Source of the DNA: Pseudobdellovibrionaceae bacterium
GTDB taxonomy: Bacteria; Bdellovibrionota; Bdellovibrionia; Bdellovibrionales; Bdellovibrionaceae
Reading direction: 5' to 3'
DNA length: 64,000 bases
Assembly: GCA_039810425.1 (NCBI GenBank)
Contig: JBDHWW010000010.1
Coordinates: 1-64,000 of the forward strand
The translations under genes and the position numbers were made by a program. The notes beneath the pieces were generated by a model that did not search any database, was not told the DNA's origin, and was given only the letters and a program-made list of their open reading frames with translations. Below are positions 9,625 to 19,832 of the stretch, piece after piece. How positions within the stretch are numbered: position 1 is the stretch's first letter; the number at the start of each line of letters is the position of its first letter.

Positions 9625-10363
9625 TGGTTGGCTTCCTTCTGATGCTAACGACGTCAAACTGCGGATCAATCAGCTTCGTCGAACTGATCCCTTCGTCATT
9701 GAAATCCTCGGGACGAACAAGGCCCGCAGCAATCACTTTGTATTCGCGTTTTCCTATCATGAATGGCTGAGCACCACGCACACGATAGTTTCCGTCCGCC
9801 AGCTTTTCGACGATTTTCGTGCCGATCTGCTGGATATTTGCCAATTCTTCTTTGGCATCATCCTTTTTTTCATCAGACTTGACCGCCGCCGGGGCTCGGT
9901 TGGCATCGCTCTCACTGTTTGCCGCCAAGCCGCCACCTTGATTTGCAAGCTCTTGCTCTTCAAGCTGCTTTAAGAGTTTCTTGATCACGTTGACTTTCGT
10001 TTCAACCTGCTTGAGCGAAGGGCCATCCAGCTTCACATTCAGTACATCACCTTCACGACGGGATTTATTCTGGGCAAACAGGTAAGCGCCTTGCCCCTCC
10101 ATCACCCACATAGAGCCCGCCTGCGCACCCAAATCCGCCTCTTCTTCCATACGAGAGCGAGTCATGCGCTTGTATTGACGATTTGAAGGCACACTCATCT
10201 GAGGATTTTCAGAATACCGGACAGAACCACCATCTGCATCCGGGGTTACGACGGCTTCTTCAGTCTTACCGGTGACGCGGGTCCAGAACTCATTCATTGT
10301 CGCGCAGCCAGAAAGCACCAATACGGCGGTCATCATTGTGAAGCTTAGAAACCAACGACTCAT
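9617..10363 (-). CDS. flgH: Flagellar L-ring lipoprotein FlgH
   Basis: Lipobox LSGC; GDVLNV, GNYRVRG, GLVRPED motifs; between flgA and flgI. Confidence 0.88.
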   Translation of the reverse strand: MSRWFLSFTMMTAVLVLSGCATMNEFWTRVTGKTEEAVVTPDADGGSVRYSENPQMSVPSNRQYKRMTRSRMEEEADLGAQAGSMWVMEGQGAYLFAQNKSRREGDVLNVKLDGPSLKQVETKVNVIKKLLKQLEEQELANQGGGLAANSESDANRAPAAVKSDEKKDDAKEELANIQQIGTKIVEKLADGNYRVRGAQPFMIGKREYKVIAAGLVRPEDFNDEGISSTKLIDPQFDVVSIRRKPTNE

Positions 10364-11304
10364 TGCACTTTCACCACACCCTTTTCAATCACCGTTGCCG
10401 ACATTATTTTCTGTGTTTCCGAGTTTTTGATTTTGATCACGTCGCCAACAAAACCGCTTTCCTCCGCCGAGGCATTAATGGAAACTTCGAAGTTCTGATC
10501 TCCCACCAAAGCTTTGACCACTTGACCGCGACGAGCCGCCGGCTCACGTTTGAGATCCGACAACACGATCGGCAAACGCGGAGTTAAGCTCCGATTCGCA
10601 ATCAAACCAACGATTTGGTCCATCGCGGGAGTTTCTTCTTTCACAAATGTTATATCCGTCTCCAGCATCTCAAGATCTTCTGCCTGCAAGCGCTCGCCAA
10701 AGCGGATGAGCTTTCTTGCGACCGGAACTTGTTTTTGCACGCGAGCCACGCCCGTAATCCACTTATTGATAAACCGGCCTTCTTCCAGCACCGGAATCAT
10801 AAACGAGCCGTACCTAATTTCCTGATCCCAATCAATGTTCCAGCCTTTGCTCGGCAACTTCGGCAAACTGTTGAACCGGATTTGAAATGTACATACACCG
10901 CAGCGAGCCGCCAAGATGTTACGAAGTGTCTTTTCAAGATCTATTTTCGAAAAACCCTCTTGACGGATCTTAATGCGGATTTCGGCGGGAATTTTAAAAG
11001 CCGGATTCAGTTTTTTAAGCACCTCGCTGTTTCTAACGAGCGCACGAAGTTTTTTGGAAACGTCTTCACCAGACAGCGTCAGACTGTCTTGCGTTTCAAT
11101 TTTGTCGACCAAAGGCATTTTGGCGATTTCATTAAATGCAACACCGCTGAGTTCTTTCAACTCGGCAACTTGAAAAACTGAAATCACCGTTGTATTTGAA
11201 ACCTCCGCTTCGTTCGGAAAAATCACTTCAGGGCGGGCCCACGCAAGGCTCGCCATCATTGTGATTCCCACGAAAAGAGTTTTCACTAAGGTCATCTCAA
11301 TCAC
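10360..11304 (-). CDS. flgA: P-ring assembly chaperone FlgA
   Basis: VPVARKLIRFGE SAF-like region; G-VGDVIKIKNSETQK. Confidence 0.9.
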   Translation of the reverse strand: MIEMTLVKTLFVGITMMASLAWARPEVIFPNEAEVSNTTVISVFQVAELKELSGVAFNEIAKMPLVDKIETQDSLTLSGEDVSKKLRALVRNSEVLKKLNPAFKIPAEIRIKIRQEGFSKIDLEKTLRNILAARCGVCTFQIRFNSLPKLPSKGWNIDWDQEIRYGSFMIPVLEEGRFINKWITGVARVQKQVPVARKLIRFGERLQAEDLEMLETDITFVKEETPAMDQIVGLIANRSLTPRLPIVLSDLKREPAARRGQVVKALVGDQNFEVSINASAEESGFVGDVIKIKNSETQKIMSATVIEKGVVKVQ

Positions 11305-12086
11305 CTCATATTATTGATGGATTGAAGCATTTGATCCGACGCCTGAATCACTTTGCTATTAGTCTCATAAGCACGCTGCGCCGTGATCATGTTTACCATC
11401 TCATCAACGATGTTCACGTTACTGGACTCAAGCTGACCTTGTGAGAGATAGCCTGTGCCGTTCAATCCGGGACGAGTCGCTTGCGGCTGGCCACTGGAAG
11501 GAGTTTGCGTAAAAACGTTCTTACCCATCGCTTTGAGGCCCGCCGGGTTGATGAAGTTCACAACGTCGATCTGACCAATAACTTGTGGCGCATCATTCAA
11601 ACCTTGGATCACGCGGACCTCACCACTCGGAGAAACTTCAAGGCCCGCGACATTCGGCGGAATTGTAATTTCCGGCTGAAGCGCATTCCCGTTTTTATCG
11701 ACAATCTTGCCGTTAGGATCTTTTTTAAAGGCCCCATCACGGGTAAAACCCACTTGCCCATCCGGCGTCAAAACTTGGAAAAATCCCGAGCCTTCGATTT
11801 GAATATCGAGGGGATTCTTCGTCACAAGGGCATTTCCCATCGCGAAGTCTTTTTGAACAGCGGCGGTCCGCACGCCCAAGCCGGTTTGCACGCCGTTTGG
11901 AGAATACGAATTCATCCCCGTCTCTGTTCCCAGCTCTTTTTGAGTTTGGTAAACGAGGTCTTCAAACTCCGCGCGAGATTTTTTGAATCCTGCGGTCGAG
12001 ACGTTCGCGATATTATTGGCGATCACATCCATATTAGTCTGTTGTGCTGCCATGCCTGTTGCTGCGGTATTAAGACTTTTCAACAT
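11301..12086 (-). CDS. flgG: Flagellar distal rod protein FlgG
   Basis: ANNIANVSTAGFKKSRAEFEDL; LESSNVNIVDEMVNMITAQRAYE. Confidence 0.97.
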   Translation of the reverse strand: MLKSLNTAATGMAAQQTNMDVIANNIANVSTAGFKKSRAEFEDLVYQTQKELGTETGMNSYSPNGVQTGLGVRTAAVQKDFAMGNALVTKNPLDIQIEGSGFFQVLTPDGQVGFTRDGAFKKDPNGKIVDKNGNALQPEITIPPNVAGLEVSPSGEVRVIQGLNDAPQVIGQIDVVNFINPAGLKAMGKNVFTQTPSSGQPQATRPGLNGTGYLSQGQLESSNVNIVDEMVNMITAQRAYETNSKVIQASDQMLQSINNMR

Positions 12087-12102
12087 TTCCTACCTCAATC
12101 CT

Positions 12103-12924
12103 TTAGAGCGAAGTCTTGCCGACGACATTAACTAATTTTTCCGACATGCTGTCATATGCACCGATTGCTTTTTGAGTGCTCTCAAAAACGCGATTTGTTT
12201 GAATCATGTCCGTCATTTCTTGAACGATATTGACGTTGCTCGTTTCAACAAAGCCCTGTTTCAAACTTGGCGCCACCACGTTGGTCATTTCAGGCGCCAT
12301 GTTCTGCTTAAACCCATAGAGCGAGTTTCCGGTTTTCTGCAAAGACTCCGGATTTTTCACTTCCACCAAAGACAAGCGGCCCATGTTTTCGGTGCCTTGG
12401 AAAATGTCGCCGCTATCGTTGATCGTGACGGCGCCAGCGCCAGTGTCAAAGCGGATTGTGCGCGATGCCGGGTCGGCTCCTGGTTCGCCATTTCTTAGAA
12501 CCGGAAAGCCATCCTTCGTAACAAGCTGTCCGTTGCCATCCATTGTAAAGTTTCCGGCGCGTGTGAGCTTAACTCCATTTGGAGTTGCCACTTCAAAAAA
12601 GCCTTTGCCATCAATCGCCACGTCCAAAGTATTGCCGGTGGGTTTCAAGCCCCCTTGCGAGAAATCAGTGAAGGTTCCTTTCGTGTCGACGTAACTCTTA
12701 TCACCGCCTTGCATGTCATAAAAACTTTCGATAGAGGCGGGCACACGCGGAACTTGGATGACTTCAGGCGGCTTTTCGTTGGCAGTGAGGTATTCATTAA
12801 ATAATTGCTGGTCACGCTTAAACGCGGGAGTGTTAACGTTTGCCAAGTTGTTGGCAATCGTATCAAGTTTCAAACTTTGTGCGAGAGCTCCGCTGAGCGC
12901 TGTATAGACACCTTTTGTACTCAT
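12103..12924 (-). CDS. flgF: Flagellar rod protein FlgF
   Basis: ANNLANVNTPAFK; TRAGNF; ETSNVN; precedes flgG. Confidence 0.92.
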   Translation of the reverse strand: MSTKGVYTALSGALAQSLKLDTIANNLANVNTPAFKRDQQLFNEYLTANEKPPEVIQVPRVPASIESFYDMQGGDKSYVDTKGTFTDFSQGGLKPTGNTLDVAIDGKGFFEVATPNGVKLTRAGNFTMDGNGQLVTKDGFPVLRNGEPGADPASRTIRFDTGAGAVTINDSGDIFQGTENMGRLSLVEVKNPESLQKTGNSLYGFKQNMAPEMTNVVAPSLKQGFVETSNVNIVQEMTDMIQTNRVFESTQKAIGAYDSMSEKLVNVVGKTSL

Positions 12925-12950
12925 TCAAGCCCCTCCGAGCATTCAAGCGA

Positions 12951-12965
12951 GCAAGCCGTGTGCCA
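12951..12965 (-). promoter_or_regulatory. Sigma54 promoter of the flgF operon
   Basis: Exact TGGCAC-N5-TTGC (-24/-12) on minus strand, 26 nt upstream of flgF. Confidence 0.8.
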
Positions 12966-13175
12966 CTCAGACCCCTCTGAACGAACGTCTGGTTTCATCT
13001 TGTAAAGCGAATTTGGACTCAAGTTATTTAGATCTGAGCCGAGGGCAGTCTTTTCCCCGACCTCTGTCGAGGTGACGGAATATTGTCGCTGTTGTTGAAA
13101 CCGTCAAAATCAGCGAAGCCTAGTTTTCACTCTAAGGCTCGACGCTGGTTCGTAAGTAAACTCATAATAAAAATT

Positions 13176-14150
13176 ATGAAACGCTTTCTGGCGGCCCTAA
13201 TCACATGTATTCCCCTGGCGACTTCCGCGGTTCAAAAAACTGCGACGGAAAAGCCCGTGCTGAATACATCCAATCTTAAAACCCCAAGCCTGAAAGAGAA
13301 ACTGCAAACCCTTACGCAAAAGAACAACCGTGCTGCCAACAACAATACTCTGATCTTTGATCTGCCCGTGACCTACAACAAGAAGGTCAGCAGATGGGTT
13401 CATTACTATCAGTCCCGCGGGCAAAAATGGTTTCGTGAGTGGCTGGCCCGTTCTTCGAAATATATGCCTTTTATTCAAGCCGAATTGCAGCGCGCGAACC
13501 TTCCGACGGATTTGGCGTTCATGGTGATGATTGAAAGTGGTTTCTCGTCGGCAGCCGTCAGTCATGCGGATGCTGTGGGTCCATGGCAGTTTATCGCACC
13601 GACCGGGAATCGTTATGGCTTGCAAAACAACTGGTGGCTCGATGAACGTCGTGACTTGAAAAAAAGCACTCTTGCGGCGATTCGCTACCTGAAAGACCTG
13701 CGTGAGGAATTCGGCTCTTGGTACCTCGTCGCGGCAAGCTATAACATGGGCGAAGCCGGTCTTCGCCGGCAAATTAAGAAGTACCAAACTAAGGACTATT
13801 GGATTCTGGTTCAAAAAGGTGCCCTGCCCGATGAAACCCAGGAGTATGTCCCGAAGATTTTGGCGGCGATGCTTATTGCGAAGGCGCCGAATCTTTACGG
13901 CTTCCGCGACATCGAAAAGTTGGATCCGTTGGATTACGAAGTTGTTTCGGTTCCTGGTGGCACGGATCTCGACGGCGTCGCCGACCATCTTGGGGTCACG
14001 CGAAAATCACTAAAAGATTTGAACGCTGAGATCCTTTTGGGTTACATTCCTCGTCAGATCGGTAGATACTATATCCGCGTGCCAAAAGGTGCCGGCCGTA
14101 TGGTTTCAAGTTTCACCGGTCAAAATTCTACTGGCAAAACTGCGGAGTAA
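13176..14150 (+). CDS. MltD-like lytic transglycosylase (SLT domain, LysM-like C-terminus)
   Basis: MIESGF, AVGPWQF, LVAASYNMG, ETQEYVPK. Confidence 0.92.
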   Translation: MKRFLAALITCIPLATSAVQKTATEKPVLNTSNLKTPSLKEKLQTLTQKNNRAANNNTLIFDLPVTYNKKVSRWVHYYQSRGQKWFREWLARSSKYMPFIQAELQRANLPTDLAFMVMIESGFSSAAVSHADAVGPWQFIAPTGNRYGLQNNWWLDERRDLKKSTLAAIRYLKDLREEFGSWYLVAASYNMGEAGLRRQIKKYQTKDYWILVQKGALPDETQEYVPKILAAMLIAKAPNLYGFRDIEKLDPLDYEVVSVPGGTDLDGVADHLGVTRKSLKDLNAEILLGYIPRQIGRYYIRVPKGAGRMVSSFTGQNSTGKTAE

Positions 14151-14159
14151 ACCCTCAAC

Positions 14160-15362
14160 ATGGCGACCTCTCAACCACCAAAAATCATCGTCCAAAAATA
14201 TGGTGGCGCGACTCTTGCCGATCCTGTCAAAATCAAAGCCGTCGCCCAAAGAATTGCCGAGCAGGCAAAGTCCGGCACTCGTTTAGTGGTCGTCGTCAGC
14301 GCGATGGGTAAAACAACCAACTCTTTGATTGATCTTGCCAGCCAGGTTTCTACGAATCCTCATCAGCGGGAAATGGATATGCTCCTCACCGTCGGTGAAC
14401 GTATCAGTATGGCCTTAATGAGTATGGCGTTGAACGATCTTGGTTGCAGGGCGATCAGCTTTACTGGAAGCCAAGCCGGGATTCTGACTAATGATTCTCA
14501 TGTGAACGCTTTCATCGTTGATGTAAAAGCTTTTCGCGTTCAAGAAGCTTTGGATCAAGGCAAAGTTGTAATTCTCGCTGGTTTCCAAGGGGTCTCACCA
14601 GTCACAAAAGAAATTACAACTCTCGGCCGTGGTGGCTCTGATACTTCAGCCGTTGCGATGTCAGCGGCATTCTCGGCCACTCGCTGCGAGATTTTAAAAG
14701 ACGTGCCGGCGGTTTATACCGCAGACCCGAACGTGGTGAAAGAAGCCCGCCCGCTTCAGCAATTAAATTACGATCAACTGATGGAAATGACTTTCTGGGG
14801 CGCCAAGGTTCTGCACTATCGCTCGGTGGAACTCGCAAAGATCCGCAAAGTCAGGCTCTATATCGGCCCTGCGGCCACGAAAACTTCTGACGGTACCCTG
14901 GTTGAGGAGGGACTGAATATGTTTGAATCCTGCAAAGCTCTTTCATTGAACTCCCATGAAACGGTCTTACAAATCACTTCTCCTCATTCTTCAAACCATG
15001 CTTTGGATTCTTTGAAGAAATACTTCGAAGGGAAACAGATCACGTTCCCTCAGTTGCTGGATCTCGAAAGAAGAGATGGCAAGACGGTCTTACTCATGAC
15101 CGGCCCGCAGGAAATCATGTCGGCAATCAAGGGCGCTCTTCATCAACACCAAGATTTTATTTTGAATCCCACGGACTTTTCTTCGGTGACCCTGACTTGC
15201 ACGGGCTCAACCGCTCCAGAAATTCCCCAGCTAGTGATGAGGACTTTAGATGGCGCCAAAGTTCAGGCACACAAAATGATGATTCAGGCGATGAGCGTGA
15301 CCGTGCTCGTGGATTCAGCCACCCGCAAGACCACACTCCAAGCATTACACACTCTTATTTAA
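14160..15362 (+). CDS. lysC: Aspartate kinase
   Basis: VQKYGG, VVSAMGKTT, TTLGRGGSDTSA, GAKVLH. Confidence 0.95.
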   Translation: MATSQPPKIIVQKYGGATLADPVKIKAVAQRIAEQAKSGTRLVVVVSAMGKTTNSLIDLASQVSTNPHQREMDMLLTVGERISMALMSMALNDLGCRAISFTGSQAGILTNDSHVNAFIVDVKAFRVQEALDQGKVVILAGFQGVSPVTKEITTLGRGGSDTSAVAMSAAFSATRCEILKDVPAVYTADPNVVKEARPLQQLNYDQLMEMTFWGAKVLHYRSVELAKIRKVRLYIGPAATKTSDGTLVEEGLNMFESCKALSLNSHETVLQITSPHSSNHALDSLKKYFEGKQITFPQLLDLERRDGKTVLLMTGPQEIMSAIKGALHQHQDFILNPTDFSSVTLTCTGSTAPEIPQLVMRTLDGAKVQAHKMMIQAMSVTVLVDSATRKTTLQALHTLI

Positions 15363-16849
15363 GGCATAAGTTCAGAATTTTTAAGCCAATAGCGATTTTG
15401 GATTTTCTTCCAAATATCAGAATGCGGGCCGGTAATACCGTCGGGGCCAGTAATTCCGGCAAGACCGCGATTCACTAGTTTTGGATCCAGCTTTCCACCC
15501 GGCAAGAACTGCTTTAAATCCGGCCCACCGGCGGCCGCTTGCGGATTTCTCGGATCGTAAGGACGACCATCACCGTCGCCACGGCCGCCATTGCCACCAT
15601 TGCCCCAGCCGCCGCCGCCGCCACGGAAGCCTGCGTTGACTTGTGCCGCTTGAGAAGCGCCGCCGCCCCTGCCATCACCGCCGCCGGGAGCGCCGCCGCC
15701 ACTATCGCCGAGGTTCGCACCCCTACCCATCTTACCACCGATTTCGTCGGCTTTACCTGAAGACGGCGCCATACCATTACCATCCCAACCTAAAGTTGAG
15801 AACGGAGAGTCTGAGATCGAAGAGCCCGGCCCCCCATTGCCTGTAAGACTTGACATCTCGGCACCCCCAGCAGGTCCCATGTCAGAAACTTTTACTTGAG
15901 GGCCGCAGCCGGCCGCGTTCGGATTGTTTTTACAAATGCAAATCTGATTGCTCGCTGCCATTTGCGGATTAGAACAATCTGTCGCCACGGTTGCACAACC
16001 CAACGCCGTCGGGTTCGCCGTGCAATAAGAACTGAAATCTGTGTTTCCCCCGGTGGCACAACTTGCCACTCCAGGAATCGCTTGAACCATGCCTTGAATC
16101 GCTTGTTGTGATTGTGCTACCTTTGCATCGAGCTTTTTACACTCGTCGTAATAGCCATCAACGACACCCTGCTGTTGCGCCAAGTACCCAGAGTCAATAC
16201 CTGGTCCCGCCATTTGCCTTAAGTTGTCCGCCGAAGCCTTGCATGTTTTCATACAATCACTTCGCGTATCACCGCAGTTTTTGTTGAAGTAAACCGTCGC
16301 GGCATTGGCGCCTGCTAAGATCGGAGCGAGCTTCGTACAAGCCCCCATGCCCATAGCGCCCGCTTGAGATGCAAAACTGAGCAGATCTGACTGCGCACCT
16401 TGCATGCCGCTATCCTGGTCTTGGTCACAACCCACGAAAGCCGCGTCACGCACCGCTTTGCATGAGTTCACTGCATTGTTCAAACTAGAATCAGAGGCGC
16501 CCGTTCCAGGGTTATTATTATACATACTTCTGGTCAGCGATTCATCGTCGGAGGGAGTGTAACATCCACACTCCCCACCAACGCGTTGAGGTTCTTGGGG
16601 AGCCTTACAAGTGATATTACAAGATTGATCTGAGGCTGGTCTCTGTTTCTGGTTGGCAGAAGTTGCCTGGCTACGCCCACTGACTGCTGGTGCCGTAAAG
16701 CCGCGGCAAGCGTTAATACAGGCTGTATTCCCGCCCTTGCACTGGCTGAGACAGGTCTCAGTCTCGCTAGCAACAGCTTCAGAGGAGAAATCAAAAGCCA
16801 AAAAACAAAATAGAAGCAATTGAAGAGTGAAAAATGCATATTTTGTCAT
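15359..16849 (-). CDS. Secreted Cys-rich protein with Gly-rich C-terminal region
   Basis: Signal-like N-terminus MTKYAFFTLQLLLFCFLA; GGGGA SD; many Cys; Gly-rich tail. Confidence 0.8.
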   Translation of the reverse strand: MTKYAFFTLQLLLFCFLAFDFSSEAVASETETCLSQCKGGNTACINACRGFTAPAVSGRSQATSANQKQRPASDQSCNITCKAPQEPQRVGGECGCYTPSDDESLTRSMYNNNPGTGASDSSLNNAVNSCKAVRDAAFVGCDQDQDSGMQGAQSDLLSFASQAGAMGMGACTKLAPILAGANAATVYFNKNCGDTRSDCMKTCKASADNLRQMAGPGIDSGYLAQQQGVVDGYYDECKKLDAKVAQSQQAIQGMVQAIPGVASCATGGNTDFSSYCTANPTALGCATVATDCSNPQMAASNQICICKNNPNAAGCGPQVKVSDMGPAGGAEMSSLTGNGGPGSSISDSPFSTLGWDGNGMAPSSGKADEIGGKMGRGANLGDSGGGAPGGGDGRGGGASQAAQVNAGFRGGGGGWGNGGNGGRGDGDGRPYDPRNPQAAAGGPDLKQFLPGGKLDPKLVNRGLAGITGPDGITGPHSDIWKKIQNRYWLKNSELMP

Positions 16850-16866
16850 GTATTCCCCTAGGTTTA

Positions 16867-16893
16867 GTATCGGCCCTTCAGAGGAGAATTTAA
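16867..16893 (-). promoter_or_regulatory. Sigma28-like promoter
   Basis: Minus strand TTAAA-N14-GCCGATAC just upstream of the 16849 start. Confidence 0.55.
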
Positions 16894-17000
16894 AGCGCAA
16901 TCCCATAATGGAACAAATATTGTAGCGACCGCAGAAGAGTTTTTGCCATTTTCGTCGGCCTGTCTCAGAATGAGAAAGTCCCTCTAACAAGGAGCCCTTT

Positions 17001-17492
17001 ATGTTTGATAAAAATCTCTACTCATTCACGGTTAAAAACGCCGGGAACCAAGATACGCCTCTCGACAAATACAAAGGACAAGTCGTCTTGGTCGTGAACG
17101 TTGCCAGTAAGTGCGGGTTCACTCCACAGTACACCGGCCTTGAACAACTTTTTGAAAAATACCAAAACCAGGGCTTCACGATCCTGGGGTTTCCTTGTAA
17201 CCAGTTCGGCGCCCAAGAGCCCGGCAACAATGAAGAGATCCAAAATTTTTGCAAGCTCACTTATGACGTGAGCTTTCCGGTGATGGCAAAAGTCAATGTG
17301 AATGGTTCAGATACCGCTCCGGTCTATGACTGGCTGAAAGAATCCGCACCCGGCATTCTGGGCACTGAGATTATCAAGTGGAATTTTACCAAGTTCCTTG
17401 TGGGCAAAGACGGCAATGTTGTAAGGCGTTACGCTCCGAACGTTGAGCCTAAAGACATCGCAGATGATATCGAAAAAGCTCTCAAAGCTTAA
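17001..17492 (+). CDS. Glutathione peroxidase family protein
   Basis: VNVASKCG, GFPCNQF, KWNFTKFL. Confidence 0.96.
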   Translation: MFDKNLYSFTVKNAGNQDTPLDKYKGQVVLVVNVASKCGFTPQYTGLEQLFEKYQNQGFTILGFPCNQFGAQEPGNNEEIQNFCKLTYDVSFPVMAKVNVNGSDTAPVYDWLKESAPGILGTEIIKWNFTKFLVGKDGNVVRRYAPNVEPKDIADDIEKALKA

Positions 17493-17498
17493 TTCAGA

Positions 17499-19217
17499 TT
17501 AAAGAGCCACCGCCCACGTGGCTCTGAGAGTCGGCTGCCCATTTTGATCAATGACTTTCAGACTCAGGTTTTGATTCACCCAGCGTTCAATCATTGCCTG
17601 CTCAGAAACACTGAGTTCCGGATTAAAGAAACGAAAATCAAATTGCGATAAAGGCAGATTCAGCTTCATACTGTCGACCTTGCCTTTTTCATTTTCAAAC
17701 TCCACCGCAATTCTGACGAAGGCCTCTTTCGGCTCCGGCTTTTGAGCCTTAAAACTCACCTTCACCGGGCCTTTAAAGAATTCGCGATTGCCGTCATCGC
17801 CAAGCTCCATGTCCAAAGACTGCTCTTTGACTTTGAATCCCGGCGAGTGCGACATGAAATAGGATTGTAGAACGGTGCTGATCGCCTTCCAGTCATAGGG
17901 AATCGGCAAGGTACAATGGATTCCATAGTTGAAATCAACAACACTGATGTTGGAACTTTCCACGTTCATGCTTTTATTTTGCAAAAGCTGTGAGTTCACG
18001 GCAAATGGCACAAGCAAATCGGTATGAGTTGCAAAAATCATCACCGGCGACTGAATATTTTTATAGTATTTCCAAAAGTCATTAAGCTGCCAAAAGTTCG
18101 AACCGTCTTCAAGGCCCGGAGGCAACTTCACTGAGGACACATACGACAAGCCCCCATGATAAGTGCGGACAACTTCAGAAACCGTTTTCTTTAAGAAACT
18201 AAAAGAATCAAATTCTTCAAGGGTCGGCAAGTTTCTCACAATCCCTGCGAGGCGCTTTCGACTCCACAGATCCACGAGATAGGCAAACGGCTTGCTCGTC
18301 GTCACCACGTTCATGTTTTTTTCAAGGTTCACCACCGGGCACATCCCAAAGAAGCTGTTATACAGTGGTTGTCCTTTTGGTGAATTCAGCTCATTAAGCA
18401 TCGAGGCATACAACACACCATGCCCACCGAGACTGACGCCAAAAAGATGCAGGCTGTCCACCACATGGCTCAGCGGTTCGTCCGGATCTTTCAGAATCTG
18501 AGCCAGCAAAATATTCTGAATACCCTCATCGTACCCGCCGAAAGAAAATCGCGTGTTATCGGCAACAAAGTCCGTCCCCGACATATTCTCCACCATCAAA
18601 ACATTGAACGGCGACTGCTCAAACAACATCATCATCCAGGCCCGCTCGGGCATGAACTCTTCGACATTGGCAAAAATCCCTAAACGTAAAACAATCAATG
18701 GGCGCTTCTTCAAATCACCCTTCAGCCCCAGCAGACCTTTGAGCTTGATATTACCTGGCAAGCTAAACACCACTCGATGCAAGAACGGATGTTCTTGCGG
18801 CTGATAGCTCATCGTCATCATCTTTGTAAGGCTCGTAGACACGCTGCTCATACCGGTTTCAATATCTCCGGCGCAATCTTTTAGATATTTCTGGATGAGC
18901 GCTCCCTGCAGTTGAACAGAAATACGAATGCGAGGATCCTGCAGGCGAAAACCCCAAAGGTCAGGAGAGCACTTCGCGGAAACGGACCGTCCTTCTCCGC
19001 TCGGCGACCAGGAAAGAACATCTTGCAACAGCACTCGCAAAAGAAATGGATACTGCCCCGCGGTCTTGTCCGCATAAGGTGAACCCTCTTCAGGGAATTG
19101 CACCCGAGACGTTTGAAACCGCCGCATGAATTCTTGCTGTGGACTCGAAGCCGCACTCACGTATAATGAAAATGTTGACGTTACAAAGATGAAAAAGAAA
19201 AATTTTGCGTTACACAT
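17499..19217 (-). CDS. Secreted alpha/beta-hydrolase fold protein
   Basis: Signal peptide; nucleophile elbow GVSLGG; candidate Asp (TDLLVP) and His (GIHC). Confidence 0.7.
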   Translation of the reverse strand: MCNAKFFFFIFVTSTFSLYVSAASSPQQEFMRRFQTSRVQFPEEGSPYADKTAGQYPFLLRVLLQDVLSWSPSGEGRSVSAKCSPDLWGFRLQDPRIRISVQLQGALIQKYLKDCAGDIETGMSSVSTSLTKMMTMSYQPQEHPFLHRVVFSLPGNIKLKGLLGLKGDLKKRPLIVLRLGIFANVEEFMPERAWMMMLFEQSPFNVLMVENMSGTDFVADNTRFSFGGYDEGIQNILLAQILKDPDEPLSHVVDSLHLFGVSLGGHGVLYASMLNELNSPKGQPLYNSFFGMCPVVNLEKNMNVVTTSKPFAYLVDLWSRKRLAGIVRNLPTLEEFDSFSFLKKTVSEVVRTYHGGLSYVSSVKLPPGLEDGSNFWQLNDFWKYYKNIQSPVMIFATHTDLLVPFAVNSQLLQNKSMNVESSNISVVDFNYGIHCTLPIPYDWKAISTVLQSYFMSHSPGFKVKEQSLDMELGDDGNREFFKGPVKVSFKAQKPEPKEAFVRIAVEFENEKGKVDSMKLNLPLSQFDFRFFNPELSVSEQAMIERWVNQNLSLKVIDQNGQPTLRATWAVAL

Positions 19218-19224
19218 ACGATTG

Positions 19225-19779
19225 TTATTCCATGATCTTCTTTTCCAAAACCACAAAGTGCAGATCTTCGACCTTTGGCACCCCGAACCGCTCATCTCCA
19301 TAGGGGAATGGCTTCGTTTCGCCGGTATTGCGGTAGCCACGCTTTTCGTACCAGGTGACGAGTTCTTTACGCTGAGCGATCACAGTCATGTAAAGATCGC
19401 TGCAATCCCAGAACTGCGCAAAGGCTTCGGCCTCTTCGAGCAACATGCCGCCCAAACCCTTCCCTTGCAGGGTCGGCTTTACCGTCAGCATGCCGAGATA
19501 GCATTTTACATCTTGTTTTTCGAGATGCACGCAGCCCTCGATATTGCCGCTGTTTTCATTTTCAGCAATCAAGACCACGGAGTTTTCGCGATCGATGAGT
19601 TCTTGGATGGCGTTAGTATCGGTTCTTTGGCCACCGAGAAGGTCGGCTTCGGTGGTCCAGCCGCGCTTAGAGCCTTCACCGCGGTAGGCAGAGTTGACGA
19701 GTTCGTTGATCTCTTTAGCTTGTGATGAATGCGCCTGAATAAATTCCCAGCCCATAGGAGGCCCCCAAAGTAGGGTCAT
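19225..19779 (-). CDS. GNAT family N-acetyltransferase
   Basis: NSAYRG, MLTVKPTLQGKGLG motif A, WYEKRGY. Confidence 0.92.
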   Translation of the reverse strand: MTLLWGPPMGWEFIQAHSSQAKEINELVNSAYRGEGSKRGWTTEADLLGGQRTDTNAIQELIDRENSVVLIAENENSGNIEGCVHLEKQDVKCYLGMLTVKPTLQGKGLGGMLLEEAEAFAQFWDCSDLYMTVIAQRKELVTWYEKRGYRNTGETKPFPYGDERFGVPKVEDLHFVVLEKKIME

Positions 19780-19832
19780 CCTAGCAGGAATCTCTGTTAT
19801 TGGTCCAACAATTCAGCACAGACACCCTAAAA

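Noticed and set aside
15514..15783. GC-rich GCC/CCG runs as a DNA repeat element
   Set aside because: Explained by Gly codons of the Gly-rich linker in the 15359-16849 gene
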